From positions 16,741-80,740 of the forward strand of contig CAVZMZ010000038.1 of NCBI GenBank assembly GCA_963776475.1: 64,000 nt of DNA. The letters are read 5' to 3'. Below the pieces are notes generated by a model that worked only from the letters and a program-made list of their open reading frames with translations, ran no database searches and had not been told where the DNA came from. This stretch comes from an uncultured Chloroflexia bacterium (lineage in GTDB: Bacteria > Chloroflexota > Anaerolineae > Anaerolineales > Villigracilaceae). Positions 61,447 to 64,000 of this stretch are shown here, piece after piece. Position numbers and translations under genes: made by a program. The number at the start of each line of letters is the position of its first letter. Position 1 is the stretch's first letter.

Positions 61447-62683
61447 AGAATACTGGCTGGAAATAGACGAGCAAGGCCGGCTGGTATTGCCACCAGAGGC
61501 CTTGGAGCTGTACGGGATCCGACCGGGCACGCAGATCCTGATGCAGGCAAGCCAAAACGGACTGAGCCTGCAACGGCCGACTACGCACCTGGCTAAAGTC
61601 TATGTTGAACCAACTTCGCGCTGCAACCTGACCTGCCGGACCTGCATTCGCAATGCATGGAAAGAACAGCAGGGCGATATGTCGGCGGCGACATGGGAGC
61701 GCGTGATCGAAAGCCTGAAAGCGCTGACCTTCCGCCCGGATGTTTTCTTCGGTGGCTTTGGCGAACCGCTCCTGCTGCCGGATATCGCCCGGATGGTATC
61801 TCAGGCTAAATCCGTGGCCGCCAAGGTCGAGTTGATCACCAACGGCATCCTGTTGACCGAGGAGCGCTCACGGGAACTGATCGATGCCGGTTTGGATATC
61901 CTGTGGATTTCTCTGGATGGCGCCACCCCGGAAAGTTATAGCGATGTCCGGTTGGGAGCAGTTCTGCCGCAGGTCCTTGAAAATATCAAACGCCTGGCGA
62001 TCATGCGGCATGAAACCGCCCGCATTCCTGAGATCGGCATCTCCTTTGTGGCAATGCGTCGAAATATTGCCGATCTGCCGGCCCTGATCAGGATCAGTCA
62101 AAAATTTGGTATTTCACGATTTATGGTGACGAATGTCCTGCCTTACACACAGGAGATGTGCAAGGAAATGCTTTATACACGCAGCCTGGATATGCTGGAC
62201 ACAACCCCTTCGCCATGGGCGCCGCGCATCGACCTGCCGCGCATTGACCTGAATGATGCCAGCCAGGAGGCGATCATCCACACGATGCGCTACAGGAGCA
62301 ATGTTCATTTGAACGGCGTAACGCTGGGGCATGACCGGGGGCGCTGCCCGTTCATAGAACGGGGTTCGGTAGTGGTGGGTTGGAACGGGGCAGTCAGCCC
62401 GTGCCTGGCCTTGATGCATGGCTACGACACCTTTCTAAACGATCAACGCAGGACGGTACGCCAGTGTGTATATGGCAACCTCCAGGAGCAGAGTCTTTTG
62501 TCGATCTGGGAGGCGCAGGAGTACGCCGCTTTCCGCAGGCACGTCCAGGAATTCGACTTTTCTCCGTGTACCTGGTGCGGCGGCTGCGAATTGATCGATA
62601 ACAATGAAGAAGATTGCTTTGGCAATATGTTTCCCACATGCGGCGGTTGTCTATGGGCGCAAGGTGTGATCCGGTGCCCGTAG
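61433..62683 (+). CDS. Radical SAM protein with a C-terminal SPASM domain and an N-terminal SpoVT/AbrB-like swapped-hairpin domain.
   Basis: A CNLTCRTC (CxxxCxxC) cluster and a C-terminal Cys-rich SPASM region (CPFIERG...CTWCGGCELID...CGGC). The N-terminus reads EYWLEIDEQGRLVLPPEALELYGIRPGTQI. Confidence 0.8.
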   Translation: MSSNKEYWLEIDEQGRLVLPPEALELYGIRPGTQILMQASQNGLSLQRPTTHLAKVYVEPTSRCNLTCRTCIRNAWKEQQGDMSAATWERVIESLKALTFRPDVFFGGFGEPLLLPDIARMVSQAKSVAAKVELITNGILLTEERSRELIDAGLDILWISLDGATPESYSDVRLGAVLPQVLENIKRLAIMRHETARIPEIGISFVAMRRNIADLPALIRISQKFGISRFMVTNVLPYTQEMCKEMLYTRSLDMLDTTPSPWAPRIDLPRIDLNDASQEAIIHTMRYRSNVHLNGVTLGHDRGRCPFIERGSVVVGWNGAVSPCLALMHGYDTFLNDQRRTVRQCVYGNLQEQSLLSIWEAQEYAAFRRHVQEFDFSPCTWCGGCELIDNNEEDCFGNMFPTCGGCLWAQGVIRCP

Positions 62684-62707
62684 AACGATATTGAAAAGGA
62701 TTAAAGA

Positions 62708-63157
62708 ATGTTAGATTTCCTGGAAACCACGGTTGACAAATTCACCTTCAAGGTGGCCACTGACCGTTTTTATTCTTCGGAAGGGGTCTGGGTGAAAGAG
62801 GAGAACGGACATGTTCGTATTGGGCTGTCTGACTTTGTCCAGCAGCGCAGCGGGGATGTGGCCTTTGCGGATGTCAAGACGGCTGGGACAATCCTGGCTA
62901 TTGGAGATGAGGTGGCGAGCATCGAGACGATCAAGGTGAATATTGCCTACACAGCGCCGATCAACGGAAAAATTGCAGAAGTAAACCCTGCCATGATTGA
63001 CGCTCCGGAGGCAATCAACCAGGACCCGTACGGGAACGGTTGGCTGGCAGTCATGGAAGTCACCAATTGGGATGAAGAGAAGACCAAACTGCTCGACCCG
63101 CAGGCCTACTTCGAGATCATGAAGGGCCAGGCGCAAGAGGAAACAAAGAAACTATGA
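62708..63157 (+). CDS. Glycine-cleavage H-protein-like lipoyl carrier.
   Basis: Matches GcvH, including the lipoyl-lysine motif ASIETIKVNIAYTAPINGKIAEVN. Confidence 0.75.
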   Translation: MLDFLETTVDKFTFKVATDRFYSSEGVWVKEENGHVRIGLSDFVQQRSGDVAFADVKTAGTILAIGDEVASIETIKVNIAYTAPINGKIAEVNPAMIDAPEAINQDPYGNGWLAVMEVTNWDEEKTKLLDPQAYFEIMKGQAQEETKKL

Positions 63158-63582
63158 TGGAAAAAATTAAAAAAGTTGTTATCGTGCCCTGCAGCGGGAT
63201 CGGCAAACCGTACGGCACTGTCAGCCGTGAAGCAGCCTACGCTGTTAGCGAAGATCTGCGTCCCGAACAGACCCAACTAGTCCCGCTGGCTTTGTTGGTT
63301 CTCGGTGACGAAGCCTCCAGGTCGGTAGTCGCCGAATACCCGGCGATTACCATCGATGGCTGCAAGCTGGCCTGTGCTGCGAAAATGGTTCAACAAAGCG
63401 GCGGCATGGTCGCACACGAAATAGCCGTTCTGGATGTTTACCGTCGCCACAAGGACCTCAAGCCCCTGGGCATCGCCGAACTCAACGAGGGCGGGCAAAA
63501 ATTGGCGCGGGTCCTGGCCGAGGAAATGACCACCATGGTCGACGGTCTTATCTCCAGAAAACAGGGAGGCGAAAATGCCTGA
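63154..63582 (+). CDS. DGC-domain protein (putative zinc-binding, Cys-rich).
   Basis: VVIVPCSGIGK and the conserved ITIDGCKLACAAK. Confidence 0.6.
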   Translation: MMEKIKKVVIVPCSGIGKPYGTVSREAAYAVSEDLRPEQTQLVPLALLVLGDEASRSVVAEYPAITIDGCKLACAAKMVQQSGGMVAHEIAVLDVYRRHKDLKPLGIAELNEGGQKLARVLAEEMTTMVDGLISRKQGGENA

Positions 63583-64000
63583 GCTGCCCAGGAAGAAAGT
63601 TGGGATCGTCTCCTGCTCCGGGGAAGAACTGCCGGAGGTACGGTGACACGCCTGGCGGCCTTGCGGGTTCTCGAACAACTGCGTCCGGCGGATACGGTCA
63701 CGATCTGCCTGCCCCTATTCCTGGCGGGTGGGGAAGGCGACCGGGCTTTTGCAAAATTCTATCCGACGATTGCCATCGACGGCTGCGACAAGCGCTGCGC
63801 AGCACACGGCACCGAAATGTATTCCGGCAAGCCGGCTGCGAGCATTGTCGTCACCGATCTCATCGCGGAACGAGGCCTGGGAAAACCGGAAGGCAAGCGC
63901 CGGCTGAACGAGGCCGGCAAGCAGGCCGTGGAGGCGACCGCAGCCAGGATGGCTGAGCTGGTGGACGAACTGCTCCAAAAACACTGGAACCGGACGGCAG
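63579..64000 (+). CDS. Second DGC-domain protein, running off the window, with an apparent frameshift at a G-run near 63635.
   Basis: MPELPRKKVGIVSCSGEELPE shifts into TVTRLAALRVLEQL...TIAIDGCDKRCAAHG. Confidence 0.5.

Noticed and set aside
1-64000. Searched by eye for tRNA cloverleafs, rRNA, CRISPR repeats, transposase or integrase genes and IS inverted repeats.
   Set aside because: None found. No regularly spaced 25-40-bp repeats and no DDE- or tyrosine-recombinase-like ORFs are present.

Overview
This 64-kb window reads as a Chloroflexi-like chromosomal segment. It has high GC content, Pro/Thr-rich linkers in secreted proteins, and dense, mostly collinear genes. Recognisable content, in order:

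- 1-8 kb: a GTPase with a DUF697 membrane domain, an AcpA/PLC-type phosphoesterase, a CheY-like receiver domain, and small stress or membrane proteins (CsbD, GlsB/YeaQ/YmgE, YggT, YtxH, an lmo0937-like protein).
- 8-14 kb: two tandem AI-2E transporter paralogs, followed by YihY/BrkB, a DAG-kinase-like lipid kinase and a PAP2 phosphatase.
- 14.6-15.8 kb: a DUF4143 AAA ATPase lying between a full hypothetical gene (15.8-16.7 kb) and a duplicated fragment of that gene's 3' end.
- 17.1-18.9 kb: a secreted metallophosphoesterase with a 42-bp tandem-repeat Pro/Thr linker.
- 20.7-25.7 kb: a carotenoid operon on the minus strand, crtI-crtB-cytochrome P450-lycopene cyclase. A dienelactone hydrolase and a membrane GT2 glycosyltransferase follow at 26.5-28.3 kb.
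- 28.4-29.8 kb: metK preceded by a clear SAM-I (S-box) riboswitch with its terminator.
- 29.9-32.6 kb: three tandem paralogous secreted proteins with a periodic VT-rich repeat and a Cys-containing C-terminal domain.
- 32.8-42.3 kb: a MOCOS-like class V aminotransferase, YwbE, DUF711, coaBC, a YfcE-like phosphoesterase, a DUF4349 lipoprotein, rsmG, ArsR plus DUF2087, and ilvE.
- 42.3-46.1 kb: groES-groEL with a textbook sigma-70 promoter and CIRCE operator, followed on the same strand by a PPIase lipoprotein and a membrane-anchored hypothetical.
- 46.2-48.9 kb: two heavily frameshifted TPR membrane proteins.
- 49.1-57.8 kb: trmD, an MFS transporter, and a BMP-family ABC transporter with two binding proteins, a duplicated ATPase and two permeases.
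- 58.1-60.9 kb: a 667-aa flotillin/SPFH protein and a DDAH-like enzyme.
- 61.0-64.0 kb: a cluster of an ArsR regulator, a radical-SAM/SPASM enzyme carrying an N-terminal AbrB-like domain, a standalone GcvH-like lipoyl carrier, and two Cys-rich DGC-domain proteins. This is the most plausible candidate for an undescribed system.

By eye there is no rRNA, tRNA, CRISPR array or transposase. At least twelve genes show apparent single-base frameshifts at homopolymer runs. That pattern points to indel errors in the assembly, or to pseudogenisation, and it affects several of the calls below.
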